Positions 10,313-22,446 of a DNA stretch of 42,080 bases are shown here, one piece after another. Under the pieces are notes generated by a model. It ran no database searches. It saw only the letters and a program-made list of their open reading frames with translations, and had not been told where the DNA came from. Origin of the DNA: Histomonas meleagridis 2922-C6/04-290x. Taxonomy: Eukaryota > Protista > Parabasalia. A program made the translations under genes and the position numbers. The stretch spans positions 1 to 42,080 of the forward strand of contig JAANOX010000168.1 of NCBI GenBank assembly GCA_020184695.1. The letters run 5' to 3'. Each line of letters begins with the position of its first letter. Position 1 is the stretch's first letter.

Positions 10313-11661
10313 TTATCTTCTCCTTGTTTTCATGAATTCATCCATCTGATTTCTATACTCATTAGCTATTTCCGGATTATTCTCATCTATAAACTGTAGC
10401 ACATCATCAGGCAGCGGCTTCATTCGAGAGAATCCGTAATGGTTAGCGATTTGTAACTTTCCAAGTTTCACATCTTCAATCGTTACAAGAAACTTCACAA
10501 CTTCATATGCCTCTTTTCTCATAGCAAATGCAAGTAAAGTTTCATTAGAATCATTTTTCTTATTAACATCACAATGCATTTGGAAAACAAGATATTTCAA
10601 GAGATCAATATCAGTACTCGTATCAACGATCGAATGTAAAACCACATTATCAAATAATTCGGGTGTTGAGTGCTCAAGAATCATTGATACAATCTCATCA
10701 TGCTTTAATGAAATAGCTTCTAAAAATGCATTCTTAAAAAAATTAAAAAAACTCCTGAAATGAAAAAGAAAAAAACGAATTAACGACACTTAGATCAATG
10801 TTAGGTATTGTAAGTAAATATTCAACGACTTCTTTCTTATTGTTAATAATAGCATTAAGGATGGCGGTTGTAGAAAAAATTAAGAATAAACACGAAAAGT
10901 GCAAAAGTGACACTGTCTTTGGCATTTACATCAATGCCTGCTTGAACAAGAAGTTTTACATTATCAAGAAAGCCGGGAGATGCAGCTAGATGAAGCGGGG
11001 TTTCACCAAATGTTGTGGTTTTGGTCAAATCAATGTTTGAACAATTTAATAAAAATTCGACAGCAGAGGCGTTCTTTTGGGTAGAGGCACAATGTAATGG
11101 TGTCCTGTCTTGAAAGCCAGAAGCTGGGAGATTGATGTCGGCACCTTTATCAATAAAGAATTTCATTATTTCAATGTTACCATTTTGGGAAGCATAATGA
11201 AGACCACTCATACCACGCTTGTCAGTTGTAAGAGGATTTGTATTCTTGATATGTGTATCAAAATATAATAACATTTCAAGTTGATTACATTCTGCAGCAT
11301 ATCGAAAAACACTTTCACATGTTTCTGTGTCAAGACCTTCCCATAGTTCTATTGCCTGAAGAATTTCAATGTGACCACCTGAAACTGCATATATTAAAGG
11401 TGGAACTCCTTTTTCATCTGCTTGATTAAGATCTGCCTGATTTGCAATTAAGAAACGGAAAATATCAACAGATCCGAAATATGCAGCAACAGCAACTATT
11501 GATGGACGCGCTCCTGATAAAAGCGAATATCTATTCATTCCTGGAACATATCGATCAAAACGTACATTAAACCAATTGTTTTCAATTATTGTAGGCATGA
11601 CAGCATCAAGGTCATCATCGATAATTTGCTTAAATAATGTTGCAAAAGGAGATTTTTCCAT
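10313..11661 (-). CDS. Ankyrin-repeat protein, 426 aa after removal of four 17-nt spacers
   Basis: Three overlapping minus-strand ORFs (10855-11661, 10743-10925, 10313-10789) carry consecutive ankyrin repeats. Removing 10895-10911, 10875-10891, 10759-10775 and 10736-10752 leaves 1281 nt = 427 codons in one frame. Confidence 0.8.
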
Positions 11662-12488
11662 TATAATTTTAAACGTTCTTCATTTGTGAGTTCACCTTCA
11701 GCGCATACAAAAAAATGAAAATATCTTGTGAAATAGAAAAAAATACTTTTAATACAATAGTATATAGATTTTTATTGTTTAATGAATTTATTTTCCGAAA
11801 TTCATACAATTCTAGAATCGTCAAATTTCAATTCTTTTGTGTGATTTTTTCCTCATTTATTTCATTCGCCTCTTTGTCACAAAAAAGAATTTTTTTAAGA
11901 AGCTTATCCTTTGATCTTTTTCAATAATTTTAAAATAAAAAGTGTTCTCTTACTTACTGCAAAAGCTATCACTTATGTGAGTTGGTGTTTCTTTTGTGAA
12001 GGGCAATAATGTATGTTTAGCAAAAAGATTCGAACTGCTTGTGGAAACCTATCTTTATTAATGGTTTTCCAAAATACGATAACTTAATTCCATCTTTATG
12101 TGCAGACAATTGAAGAATTTGTAGAGAGAGAAATGAGTTTTCAATTCTCGAACAGGACAGTGTCAATTATTTGGATAATCAAATTACATTTACATTAATT
12201 CACATACAAAATTATATTGGATTATAATATGTGAAGATAGTACTGTTAATTTTTTGATTCTATTTCTATAACATCTTAAAAAAAAATCAAAAACCTTGAT
12301 AAAAAAAATTACGTTCAGCGGCCGTTTATTAATTTGCTGTGTTCTTTTTCGAACTTTTTTGTTTGGATTATTATATTAAATATCCAAGACCAAATATACA
12401 TTCAAAACTGAAGTAAAGCATAGAAATAGCTTCTGAGTTTTAAGGAGGTTATCGTATCGAAAATAAACATTTTTGACAGCATTTTCTA

Positions 12489-13100
12489 ATGACTCTAAAG
12501 GTTGTAATGCTTGGCAATGCTGCCGTAGGGAAAACAGCTGTCGCAAAGCGATTTGTAGAAGGAGCATTTGACCTCACTAATCCAACTCTTGGAATTGATA
12601 ATTTTTCAAAAGATATTGTGGTTAGAGGGAAAAAAATTGACTTGGTCATCTGGGATCCATCTGGCCAAGAGAAGTATCGAAGTATGGTACCACAATATTG
12701 TCGAAATGCAAACATTTTCATTATCGTTTATGCAGTTGGAGATCCTCCAGATACACCTCCAGAAGCTAAGGTCGCCAGAAGCTCATTTGAATCAATAGAA
12801 TCATGGTATAACGATGAAAATGTTAAAAATGAAGAAAATGCTATTATTTTTATATGCGGAAATAAAACTGATCTTGATAATCGAGAAATAACAGAAGATG
12901 AAGGGAGGGAATTAGCTCAACAACTTTCGGTTGAATATATGGAAACAAGTGCTTTAACCGGAGAAGGTATAGAACCACTCTTTCAATGTGCCGCTGAGGA
13001 GTACCTCAAAGAGAGAGAGCCTCCTGCACCTCCGCCTAAGCCAGAACCAGAACCAGTTACTCAACCAAACCCTAAGAAAAAGTGCAGCATTTGCAAATAA
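12489..13100 (+). CDS. Rab-family small GTPase
   Basis: GNAAVGKT (G1), WDPSGQEKY (G3), GNKTD (G4), ETSALTG (G5) and a C-terminal KKKCSICK. Confidence 0.92.
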   Translation: MTLKVVMLGNAAVGKTAVAKRFVEGAFDLTNPTLGIDNFSKDIVVRGKKIDLVIWDPSGQEKYRSMVPQYCRNANIFIIVYAVGDPPDTPPEAKVARSSFESIESWYNDENVKNEENAIIFICGNKTDLDNREITEDEGRELAQQLSVEYMETSALTGEGIEPLFQCAAEEYLKEREPPAPPPKPEPEPVTQPNPKKKCSICK

Positions 13101-13510
13101 AAGAGATTTTATTTTAAGCAAGAATGCGCTTCGCGTTTTTTTCCGGAGTATAAAATTTAATCATTAGGAAATATCTATAAAAGTTATAAATTGAATATCA
13201 AAGTGTTAAAAGGACATTCTCGAGATTTTTCTTATAATTTCTAATTATTTTATTATTGAAGAATAATTTTATTTGATAATTACAAAGAAACATATTAATT
13301 TTTATTAAATACCTCAACTATTTAAATCATGATACAAAAATAATTTTTAAAAAATTATTTTATTATATGTTTTTAAATCATTATCTTTAAAGATAAATTA
13401 ATGATTCATTTTGTGACAGTTTTTAGGCGTTTAGTGTACGTTAAATTTAACGTTTTTTATTCGGAAAGTTTGAATCGATTCAACGTTTGGGAGCCGTTTA
13501 GGTTTGACCC

Positions 13511-15109
13511 ATGAGAGAAGAACCAAAATTGCAAGTATCTCAAAGAGAAAAACGCACAGAAGCTTATGGGAGCTTAGGTCCTGATGATTTGATGGTTATT
13601 ACAAAAGAAAAAATCAATACAAAAAAGCCAGAAATAGAAAATGTTTTCCAATATATTTCAGGAATTTTTTTTGATAGTATTTCAAGCTTCACCAAATATG
13701 TTGATGAACTTGAGTCATATCAAAATATTCAAAATAATCAATCCTCCAACAAATATAAAATCGTCAATGTTGTTTGTAATTGTTATAACTCATTTCGTCA
13801 AGAAGACATTACTTTTGAAAGAATTGGAAACATAGATCAACTTCTAACGCCTAATTTTAATTCACAAGAACTTCGATGTTCATGTGCTCTTCGTTATTAT
13901 CGCATCAATTATCCTGTATATCTTTTTATTTTTGGAGGCTCCACCATGACAACGAACAATATTATTCATTTTCCACCACCTCCAATCACATACGATGATA
14001 TTAAATTTATCTTAGAAAATCATAAAATCGATAATTCTATACTTTTTTCGCTCTCTCGAATGATTTCTTTACTTCATAGCACGCGTGAAGCTTCATCAAT
14101 ATTTCATCAATTTGGAAATAAATATCCACAACTTTATTCATATATATGGAACATTATACCAAAAACATCCCAACTTTTTACAGCTTTATCATATTTTATC
14201 GACACACATATTACGAATTATTATGATGACATTATTTTAATTCAATTACATTTTAATAATTTACTTCAAACAAAAGAAATACAAAAATGCAAAAAATTTG
14301 TACCAATTTTGTTTTCATCGATTTGGGACTTTCCTTTATCCCCAATACTTCTTTCCAAGTTATGTATTCTCCAAGCGCAATACGAAGAAGCAATACAATT
14401 TCTAAACATTGCATCATATTCAAATGGATGGCCAATGCATCATAAATTTGATTTATTTTCGAAGCAAGAAATTCGAATAAGTAAATCGCCGATATTTGGA
14501 ATATATTCCGAATATTTAACAACAATAATAAATTTAATTAATTTAATTGGTAATGAGAAATTTAAAGAATTAATGAATGTGAATAAAAATGAACAAAATA
14601 TAACAAATGAAAATATAAATAAAAATTTAAATCATTATAATAAATTAAATATAATTAATGATAATAATAATAATAATAAAAATGAAAAATATTTTTTGTT
14701 GGTGGATGAAGGAATTGAACAAGAGCCAATTCTTTCATATGATTTAAATAACATTCCGTTGTCGAAATTTTTTAACGATGTAATAACAACTGCAAATTCA
14801 ATAATTTTTAGATATCAAAAATTAAAAGATAAAAAAATCCAATTCACTAATGATGGATTATGGAATATAATTGTTGCGTATAGAATGAGTGATGGAATTT
14901 TGTTGATGAATATATTCGATAAGTTATGTGCAATAAAAATGATATCAGTATATGAATGCTTAATTGTTGCGAAGGCAATGATCGATGGGATCATAAAATG
15001 GAATGAAAAAATTGTAAATATAAAAATTAATAACTGTACAACATACCAAAGAAATATGTTAAATTACATATGTAATTTGGTGGAGAAATTAATGGAATTA
15101 CCAAAGTAA
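13511..15109 (+). CDS. ChAPs (Chs5p-Arf1p-binding protein, exomer cargo adaptor) family protein
   Basis: LGPDDLMVITK, FQYISG and CNCYNSF resemble the ChAPs N-terminal LGPPDL..lvK / hyvtG / CcYNaF motifs. A TPR-like QAQYEEAIQFLN segment follows. Recognised from memory, no search run. Confidence 0.65.
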   Translation: MREEPKLQVSQREKRTEAYGSLGPDDLMVITKEKINTKKPEIENVFQYISGIFFDSISSFTKYVDELESYQNIQNNQSSNKYKIVNVVCNCYNSFRQEDITFERIGNIDQLLTPNFNSQELRCSCALRYYRINYPVYLFIFGGSTMTTNNIIHFPPPPITYDDIKFILENHKIDNSILFSLSRMISLLHSTREASSIFHQFGNKYPQLYSYIWNIIPKTSQLFTALSYFIDTHITNYYDDIILIQLHFNNLLQTKEIQKCKKFVPILFSSIWDFPLSPILLSKLCILQAQYEEAIQFLNIASYSNGWPMHHKFDLFSKQEIRISKSPIFGIYSEYLTTIINLINLIGNEKFKELMNVNKNEQNITNENINKNLNHYNKLNIINDNNNNNKNEKYFLLVDEGIEQEPILSYDLNNIPLSKFFNDVITTANSIIFRYQKLKDKKIQFTNDGLWNIIVAYRMSDGILLMNIFDKLCAIKMISVYECLIVAKAMIDGIIKWNEKIVNIKINNCTTYQRNMLNYICNLVEKLMELPK

Positions 15110-15205
15110 TGTGTTTTAATAAGTATATATATATATAAATATTTGTAAGAAATAAAATGTTATTAATGAAGTAAAATATATTTTATTGATTTTGTGCTAT
15201 TCGCA

Positions 15206-16921
15206 TTAAATGTGAACAATAAAATTATCTTCTTTAAAATCTTTCGCAAATGGATCTTCTTCATTAATATTATTTTGTAGATATTCAGTTGAAATGTTAT
15301 TTGTTTCTATTTCTATTTCACTACTTTCGTTTGATTCTTCATAACTTTTTCCTTTGTGATTTCGAATACGAATTATTATAATAACAAGTATCGAAACAAT
15401 AACAATGACTCCAATTAAAACTCCAATAATAATATAAATATATGTCTTATCTTCATTATTATTATTTGTTTCTTTGTTTTCATAAATAACATAAAAATTG
15501 GAATAATATGTGAAATATTTTGAACAAATAATAACTGTATAATCATAATATACAATGAATGTTTGAATATATTTTAAAGATGAATTTATTTTAGTAATAA
15601 TAAATGAATTTAAATAAGAACTATAAATACTTAATGATTTAGAATATGATAAAATATATGATAAAACAAAAGAATGTGAGAAAGTGACATCAGATGAAAA
15701 TGATTCTGTGTATGTATTCGATTTAATATATGTTTTTGATTGAGAAAATGAATTACTTTGTGTATATGTATTTGATTTAGTATATGTATTAATTTGTGCA
15801 AAAAAATTTGATTGTGTGAATATTAATGTTGGCATTGGCAAACATCCATCAATTATATCTTTGGTTATATTTAATTCTCCAAATTTTTCATTTTGATATG
15901 TTTCATACACCATAACATATATTTCATTAATTCCATTGAAACAATTTCCATTAATAGATGGAATTTTCACCATAAAAATATATTCACTTAAGTGAAGAAC
16001 AATAAGAAAATGCATCCGCTCCAAATGATTTTACATTCTTTCCAATGATTAATGTTTCTAATTCTTTACATGAATAAAAAGCCATTGATTGAATTTCTGT
16101 AACAGTGTTTGGTATGATGACATTTGTAAATAAACAATTATTGAATGCAAAATCTTTGATTATATTTACATTAGCTCCAAAAGAAATTGACAATAAATTT
16201 TTACATGAATCAAATGCATTCGATTCAATTGAAGTTACTGAATCTGGAATTTTGAATGTTTCGCTGTTATTTCCATTTGGATAACTAATAAGTTTCGTAA
16301 TTTCTTTATCATATAAAACCCCATCATTTTCATAATTTGAATAATATGAATTTTCTTTACGAATCTTTGATGAATTGAAGACTATAACAGCGAAGAAATG
16401 GATTTGTGGATATTGAAGAAACTGTACTTGGAATTGTAACATATGTAAGATTATAACAATTTTGAAACATTGTTGATCCAATTGTTTTTACACCTTCATT
16501 AAAAAACACTGTTTCAAGTCCTTCGCATCCATTGAAGACATTTTCCCCAATTGTTGTAAGATTACTTTTAAATGTTACATTTTTTAATGCAGTACAATAT
16601 CTAAATGCATAAACCCCAATATTTGTTATACTTTCTCCAAATGACATTTTCTAAATTAGAGCAACTTTGAAATGCATTTCCTCCAATTGAAGTAACTGAA
16701 TTACCAATTTCAACAGAAATCAATGAATTCCAATCAGAGAAAGCTTCATTTGGAATTTCGGTTATTTCATTCGTAATGATGACATGCATCGTATAGTTTT
16801 GATATTCACTTGTAAATTCACTTGAATTAGTTATTATTAATGTACCTGTTTCATCACTAAATGTTTGTAACGAATGAGAAAAAAAGAAAACAAATATTGT
16901 TAAAATAAATTTGTAATTTAT
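15206..16921 (-). pseudogene. BspA-like (TpLRR) surface protein pseudogene, paralogue of the 26.9-kb gene
   Basis: LRR_5 repeats (IGNSVTSIGGNAFQSC) are split over four ORFs. Against the intact paralogue there is a 2-nt deletion near 16643, a 1-nt insertion near 16365, TGA at 15984-15986 and a 2-nt deletion near 15962. TM segment and tail are intact. Confidence 0.85.
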
Positions 16922-17624
16922 TTTTTCTTTGATTCGAATGTGAATTAAGTTATGTTTTATTAAAGAATAAATAAAAATTAATAAAATTAAATAATAATAG
17001 ATTTTTGATATTATTTGGAATGAATCAAAAAGAAAGAATAAATATTTATTAATTTGTCTGAAATTGATTAAAAATTTGATGGAACTAAAATATAAAAAAT
17101 GAGTAAAATTATTTAAATTATGAAAAAGAAATGAAAAATTAAAATTTGATATAGAATTAATTATATTCAAATTGTTTTCATTGTTTTTCTTCAAAACAAT
17201 TTGTTTGATAGATTTATTAATAATATTAATATAATTTACAGAAGTTTTATTTTGAAAATCGAAGAAGAAATTGCATTTTTTGCTTATATGAAATTTATTG
17301 TTTTTATTTTGCAAAAAATGGTTAAAATTCGAATTTACAATAAAACAACAATTTTTAGTTGTCACTTGCATTGTTATAATCGGTAAATAGCACCACATTA
17401 AAATATGAATGTTTGTTGTTCCAAAAACAAAAAAGTCTTTTTCTGAGCAAAAACCGTCAAAGGAAATACGTTAATTCTGTGTTTAATTATTTTTTAATTA
17501 AAAATACATTCAAAGCATAAATTTGTGAGTTTTTCAATTCATTCAAATGGTATCACACGGTTATTTCTCCACTATTGCCCGTTTATGGCATATACAAAAA
17601 TTTGATTTACAATCCAAAACATTG

Positions 17625-17962
17625 GTAAATGATGGAGAAGTTTCACCATAAAAATAAGTACATTTTAGTGAAGAACAAGATGAAAAGTTCCAATTGATAA
17701 TTAATGTTTCTAATTGTTTGCAAGATAAAAAATGGCCATTCCTTTAACACCAGTAACAGTTACAAGCTTGTAATTATAAAATTTGTGAATATACACCGAG
17801 ATAATGCAAGAATTTGTATTGTATCCACACTTTTTCCTAATGAATTTGTTAATAAACTTTGGCAACCATCAAATGCACTATTTTCAACTGAAGTTACTGA
17901 ATCTGGAATTTTGAAAGATTTGGTGTTATTTCCATTTGGATAATTTCTTTATTGTATAAAAC
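17625..17962 (-). pseudogene. Degenerate BspA/TpLRR fragment
   Basis: Minus strand reads DGVLYNKEI..YPNGNNTKSFKIPDSVTSVENSAFDGC...QLETLII...FSSCSSLKCTYFYGE with several indels and a stop. Confidence 0.8.
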
Positions 17963-18178
17963 TCCATCTAATGATGCCAATTTTTCCCAATTCTACTGGG
18001 ATAATGAAAACCCAACCCATTGGGTAAAGCCAAATTCAATACTTTATATCAAAAATGAAGTCATCTCAGTTCACTTTTCCTAACCAAAATTTCTTCACAA
18101 CACAGTCTAATTTTGCCAACCCACAGAAAGCGTGGCATTTTTTAAAAAAAAAATTATCAAAAAGTTCATATCATTCAC

Positions 18179-18790
18179 ATGGAAAAGAAAATCTATGCGT
18201 CTCATACAGGAAATGAATACCAAGCTCTTATTCAATGCTTAGAAGCAACAAGAGATTATATTGGTGCAAATTGTGGTTCTCATGATTCAATAGACAGAGT
18301 TTGGGAAATTGTTGGATATGTAATGAAAAACCAAAAGACTTTCAATGGAAGTCACATTGTACCGTTCAGTCAAGATGATGCTTATGCCCTTGTTATGGCT
18401 ATTTGTGGTCTCCGTATTGATCACTTCCATGCTTACGACAAGATAAATGCAGTGATAACAAAACTCAAAAGAGGCTGTAAAGTTGAGTATATCTATATCC
18501 CAACGTACCACGCATCAATTATTGTTTACGAAAAAGGATGTGATCATTGGGTTCTTCAAAATCTTGCAAACTATTCAGTATCATCTATTGCTGGTGCCGT
18601 AGGTAGTTTTCTTTTGGGACCTGGGGGAGTTGCTGGGTTTATTCTCAATGCTGTTGTATCACTTACAGCCGGAGCTACAGTTGAATATCTAAAGAGGGAT
18701 AAGGGGATTCTATTTTATGAAAATGGTGAAGATGTAAGGGATAAAATGCTTCAAATGATGTACAATTCAAATGATGTCATGCCACCATAA
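18179..18790 (+). CDS. Hypothetical protein with a C-terminal Gly/Ala-rich hydrophobic hairpin
   Basis: Clean 203-aa ATG-TAA ORF, GC-richer than its flanks, preceded by an Inr-like TCATTCAC. No family recognised. Confidence 0.7.
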   Translation: MEKKIYASHTGNEYQALIQCLEATRDYIGANCGSHDSIDRVWEIVGYVMKNQKTFNGSHIVPFSQDDAYALVMAICGLRIDHFHAYDKINAVITKLKRGCKVEYIYIPTYHASIIVYEKGCDHWVLQNLANYSVSSIAGAVGSFLLGPGGVAGFILNAVVSLTAGATVEYLKRDKGILFYENGEDVRDKMLQMMYNSNDVMPP

Positions 18791-19400
18791 CTAAATTAAA
18801 GCTTTATAAGAACAAGTTATTTAACATTGCTAAGCCTAATGCGAATTAGTAATTTGTGCGAATATATAATTAGAGATATGAGGACCAATGTTTATTTGAT
18901 GTATAAATATAGATTTCTGAACTATTATAAAAATAGAGCAACATTATTTAGGGATTTACTAATCCGTATTCTTCATTAAATGCGTTCTTATGCAGAAGTT
19001 AACTATAAAAATTAGCCTGTTCATTGTCAGGTCGGAAAAGAACAAAAATATTTTCTGCTTAAAATAATTATTAAAAGTTCATTGTAATTAAAGCATTTAA
19101 TAAAATTAGAATTAAGGAGTTTGCAAAGGAAGTGGCACAAAAATGTAAAATAGAATACAAAAAGACATAATTATTTCTTAAAAGATTTATCAAATATATT
19201 AAGACAAAATGTGTTGTGATTATTTTGGAGATCGGAAATGAAATCAAGTTTTTTGTTCATATAAATTTTGTAATTTTCGACATTTGAAAAATAATAATAT
19301 TATTTATATAAAAAAAAATTTTAGCATTTCTTGGAAAAAAAGTTTTTACATTAAGTTATGTAAATATTTTCAAAAGAAAAAAAATAATTAAAAACAATTT

Positions 19401-22358
19401 TTATATATAAAATATTGTTTTTTTCTTTTTGGTAGTTTGTTTTTGATTTAACAAAACAAATTTTCTAATTTCATCAGGAATCTTCATGTAATGATCTCTT
19501 ATATTCGTATTAAACATATCTTGAAAGTCCTTATCTTTTTTAGATAATTTAAATATTAAATAATTAAACGCGTCAATAACGAACTGTAAATTATTTAAAT
19601 TTTCAAAATATATTTTTATGATAATAGAAATTAATTTTATTCCTATATCAGTTGTCAAAGAAACATTAAAATTCTTATTAAATCTCTTACAATATATGAT
19701 AAAAACAGAAGAAACAATTTTCGGATCCAAATCTAAACTTATAACTCTTCTACATAAATCTTGAAAAACTCTTTCGTTTAAATATTTCAACAATTGTATG
19801 AAAACATCATATTCAATTTCACTTAAATCTTTCCAAAAGAAATCGATACAAATTAAAGCAATTTCCTCATTATCACAAATTATTTTCCATGAGTTTGTGA
19901 TGTTAATGTTTATGTTATACTTATTATAATCATTAAATTTCTTAACTAAAAACTCAATATATGAATTTTTTTTATCGAAGTGTTCTAAAATAGGAAAATT
20001 ATCAATGTATAAAATTCTATATTTTAACCAAAGACTCCAAATGTTTAAGTTTTCGATTGTAACATTTTCGAAAAAATAATCAAACATTAAGTTAAGATCA
20101 GGTGATATTAATTCGTTTGGTAATGTTCCGAATAACAAATTACCGAAATTTGTATTTCTAAAATTAGAAAATAATTTATCGGAGATAAAAGTAAAAATTA
20201 ATTTATTTGTGACAATTTTTACAAGAAAATCAGAATCATATTGAAATAAATCAAATAATTCCTTTGATATAACATTTTGGAAAATGAAATTATTGTTATT
20301 AATTACATCAAAAATTATACTCATTAAATTATTATCTAATGAATTTGTTTTTTCATAAATTACTTTTATTATTTCAGAAGGTAAAAAATATTTTTTCATG
20401 AAAATTTTCTTAAAAAAATATTTTAATACTTCATTTAAATTTATATTTTTATTCCAAATTTCTTCGTTATCAATTAAAATATTTAATAATTTATTCATAA
20501 ATAATATTTTCGGTTTTGGTATTATTTTCGCATTTAAGAAATCAATAAATAAATTCAAAAGAATTTTTCCAGAAAGTGAATAAAAAGATAACAAATTTTT
20601 TAGAAACAAATCGAAAAAGTTCAAAAAATATTTTTCTGTTTTTAAGTTGAAGATATTATCATAGGAAAAAATATCACAAACAAAAGAATTATTATGAAAG
20701 AATTTTTTCATTGCATTAAAATCATATGAAACAACATCTTTAAACTCTACAAACTCTAAATTTTTCCTTAAGTAAAACGATGATTTCAATCTTTTACAAA
20801 CAGGCAAAAACTTTAATGAAATATTTGTCTTTTGCTTAATTAGAAATGGAATTAAATATTCCAATTTTAACTTAGCAAAGATATTAATTTTTTGATGAAT
20901 GTCTATTACGTTATCTTTTAATAGTATTAATCCATAACGATAACGATAAAACATTGGAATTGTTTTAAGTCTTAAATCAAAAATTTTCTTTTTGAATGAC
21001 TCATTTATTATTTTATCGAATTCATTTAATGGTTCAAATCGATTAACTAAAGATAAAACATTTTCATATGTTAAATTATTGTTTTCATATGATGGCAAAT
21101 TATATATTAATACTTTAGCAGTCTCAGAATTAACTATAGTTAACGCAGTTTCTTTTATTATGCTAAAAAAAGTCGAATATTGAAATAGTCCTTGGACTTG
21201 TAATTCGAAAAAGAGTTCAATTAATCGTTGAACGTTTTGAACATTATTTAATAAAAAGTCAACAAATGTTTTTAAAGGAAATGGAATATTTAATAATTTA
21301 ATAAAAATCGAAATAATAGGAACAATTAATGTTAATGATTCAATAGGAAAACTTAAAACTAAAGATATTAAATCAAGCAATAAAATTTCTTTTTTATCAT
21401 ATGTTAGAAAAAATATATTGTTTTCAAATTCCTTTTCTAATAATGTTATGTTATAATTGGGATAATTATTAATTAGTTGTTGCCTGACTTTTAAAAAAGT
21501 GTCACCGGTTTCATCCAAAATTTCAGAAAAGCATTGAATTCGATTGAATTGGTTCTGTTCAATTATTTTGTGAATGTATTGATCTAAAATTCGCTTCTTC
21601 TCAATAGAATTGATTGCCAACTGTATCAGTTGTGAATTATGTGTAATAAGCTTATCATAAATAATGTTAAAAAATGAAGCTTTATGAATTTTTAAGGCAA
21701 GTTTTAGAAAATGAAATGATGAAAATATTTCTTTTTTAAATATTGATAAAAATTGTACTGGTATCTCTTTAATAAGCCACTCAATAAATTGAGGATTGAG
21801 AAGTAAATATTTGGTATATAAAGAATAGGATAAATTAACAAAATATTCAGGATCTTTTTCATCATTCCAATTATTTTGATAAAGACGTGTTATTATAAAC
21901 GGATCAATATTTTCTTGAGTTGTAAAATGCTTTATAGCCCAACAAGCACGTGCTGGTGGAACTTTCATATCGAAACAATGATTAAGTAACTCTTGGAATT
22001 TGAGCGAATCAAATGATGGAACAGGAATTAGTGAGTTTAGTGGTATTTGAGGATCAATTAGATATCTTAAAAAAAGGGAAATTGAACCATTATGAATATT
22101 AGTTTTTTCTGTTTGATGAAGTTTAGCGCATTGAAGGGATTCTATTGAGGCCAAATTCTTTTCAAGCTCGTTCATAATGTTTTGACGAGTTAATACATGT
22201 TCATAATTCATTTTTGTAATAAATAATGTTTTGAATGTGTCACAAGGTCGAAAATTATTTTTGTTTGCAGGTTGTATATTTTCACGGGGTCGAGGTACAA
22301 GAAAAGGATTTAAAACAAGTTGCGATGTGAAATCCATTAAAAAACGTTTTTTCTCCAT
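19401..22358 (-). CDS. MED12: Mediator subunit Med12-like protein
   Basis: 985-aa ORF. FLRYLIDPQIPLNSL...LLNHCFDMKVPPARACWAIK resembles the Med12 domain (wl.dLa.p.vPL..L ... ll..c....VP..RAvWlik). Confidence 0.55.
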   Translation of the reverse strand: MEKKRFLMDFTSQLVLNPFLVPRPRENIQPANKNNFRPCDTFKTLFITKMNYEHVLTRQNIMNELEKNLASIESLQCAKLHQTEKTNIHNGSISLFLRYLIDPQIPLNSLIPVPSFDSLKFQELLNHCFDMKVPPARACWAIKHFTTQENIDPFIITRLYQNNWNDEKDPEYFVNLSYSLYTKYLLLNPQFIEWLIKEIPVQFLSIFKKEIFSSFHFLKLALKIHKASFFNIIYDKLITHNSQLIQLAINSIEKKRILDQYIHKIIEQNQFNRIQCFSEILDETGDTFLKVRQQLINNYPNYNITLLEKEFENNIFFLTYDKKEILLLDLISLVLSFPIESLTLIVPIISIFIKLLNIPFPLKTFVDFLLNNVQNVQRLIELFFELQVQGLFQYSTFFSIIKETALTIVNSETAKVLIYNLPSYENNNLTYENVLSLVNRFEPLNEFDKIINESFKKKIFDLRLKTIPMFYRYRYGLILLKDNVIDIHQKINIFAKLKLEYLIPFLIKQKTNISLKFLPVCKRLKSSFYLRKNLEFVEFKDVVSYDFNAMKKFFHNNSFVCDIFSYDNIFNLKTEKYFLNFFDLFLKNLLSFYSLSGKILLNLFIDFLNAKIIPKPKILFMNKLLNILIDNEEIWNKNINLNEVLKYFFKKIFMKKYFLPSEIIKVIYEKTNSLDNNLMSIIFDVINNNNFIFQNVISKELFDLFQYDSDFLVKIVTNKLIFTFISDKLFSNFRNTNFGNLLFGTLPNELISPDLNLMFDYFFENVTIENLNIWSLWLKYRILYIDNFPILEHFDKKNSYIEFLVKKFNDYNKYNININITNSWKIICDNEEIALICIDFFWKDLSEIEYDVFIQLLKYLNERVFQDLCRRVISLDLDPKIVSSVFIIYCKRFNKNFNVSLTTDIGIKLISIIIKIYFENLNNLQFVIDAFNYLIFKLSKKDKDFQDMFNTNIRDHYMKIPDEIRKFVLLNQKQTTKKKKTIFYI

Positions 22359-22446
22359 GAACTTTGTATGGGTTTTGATCGTTATTAATATGAACTGTTA
22401 TTTGGCCGGCCATATTTTTGGGTACCCCTAATACGTTTTCTTTATC

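Noticed and set aside
15960-16650. BspA copy B frameshifts as further spacer sites
   Set aside because: Alignment to the intact paralogue shows 1-2-nt indels and a point nonsense change, not 17-nt insertions.
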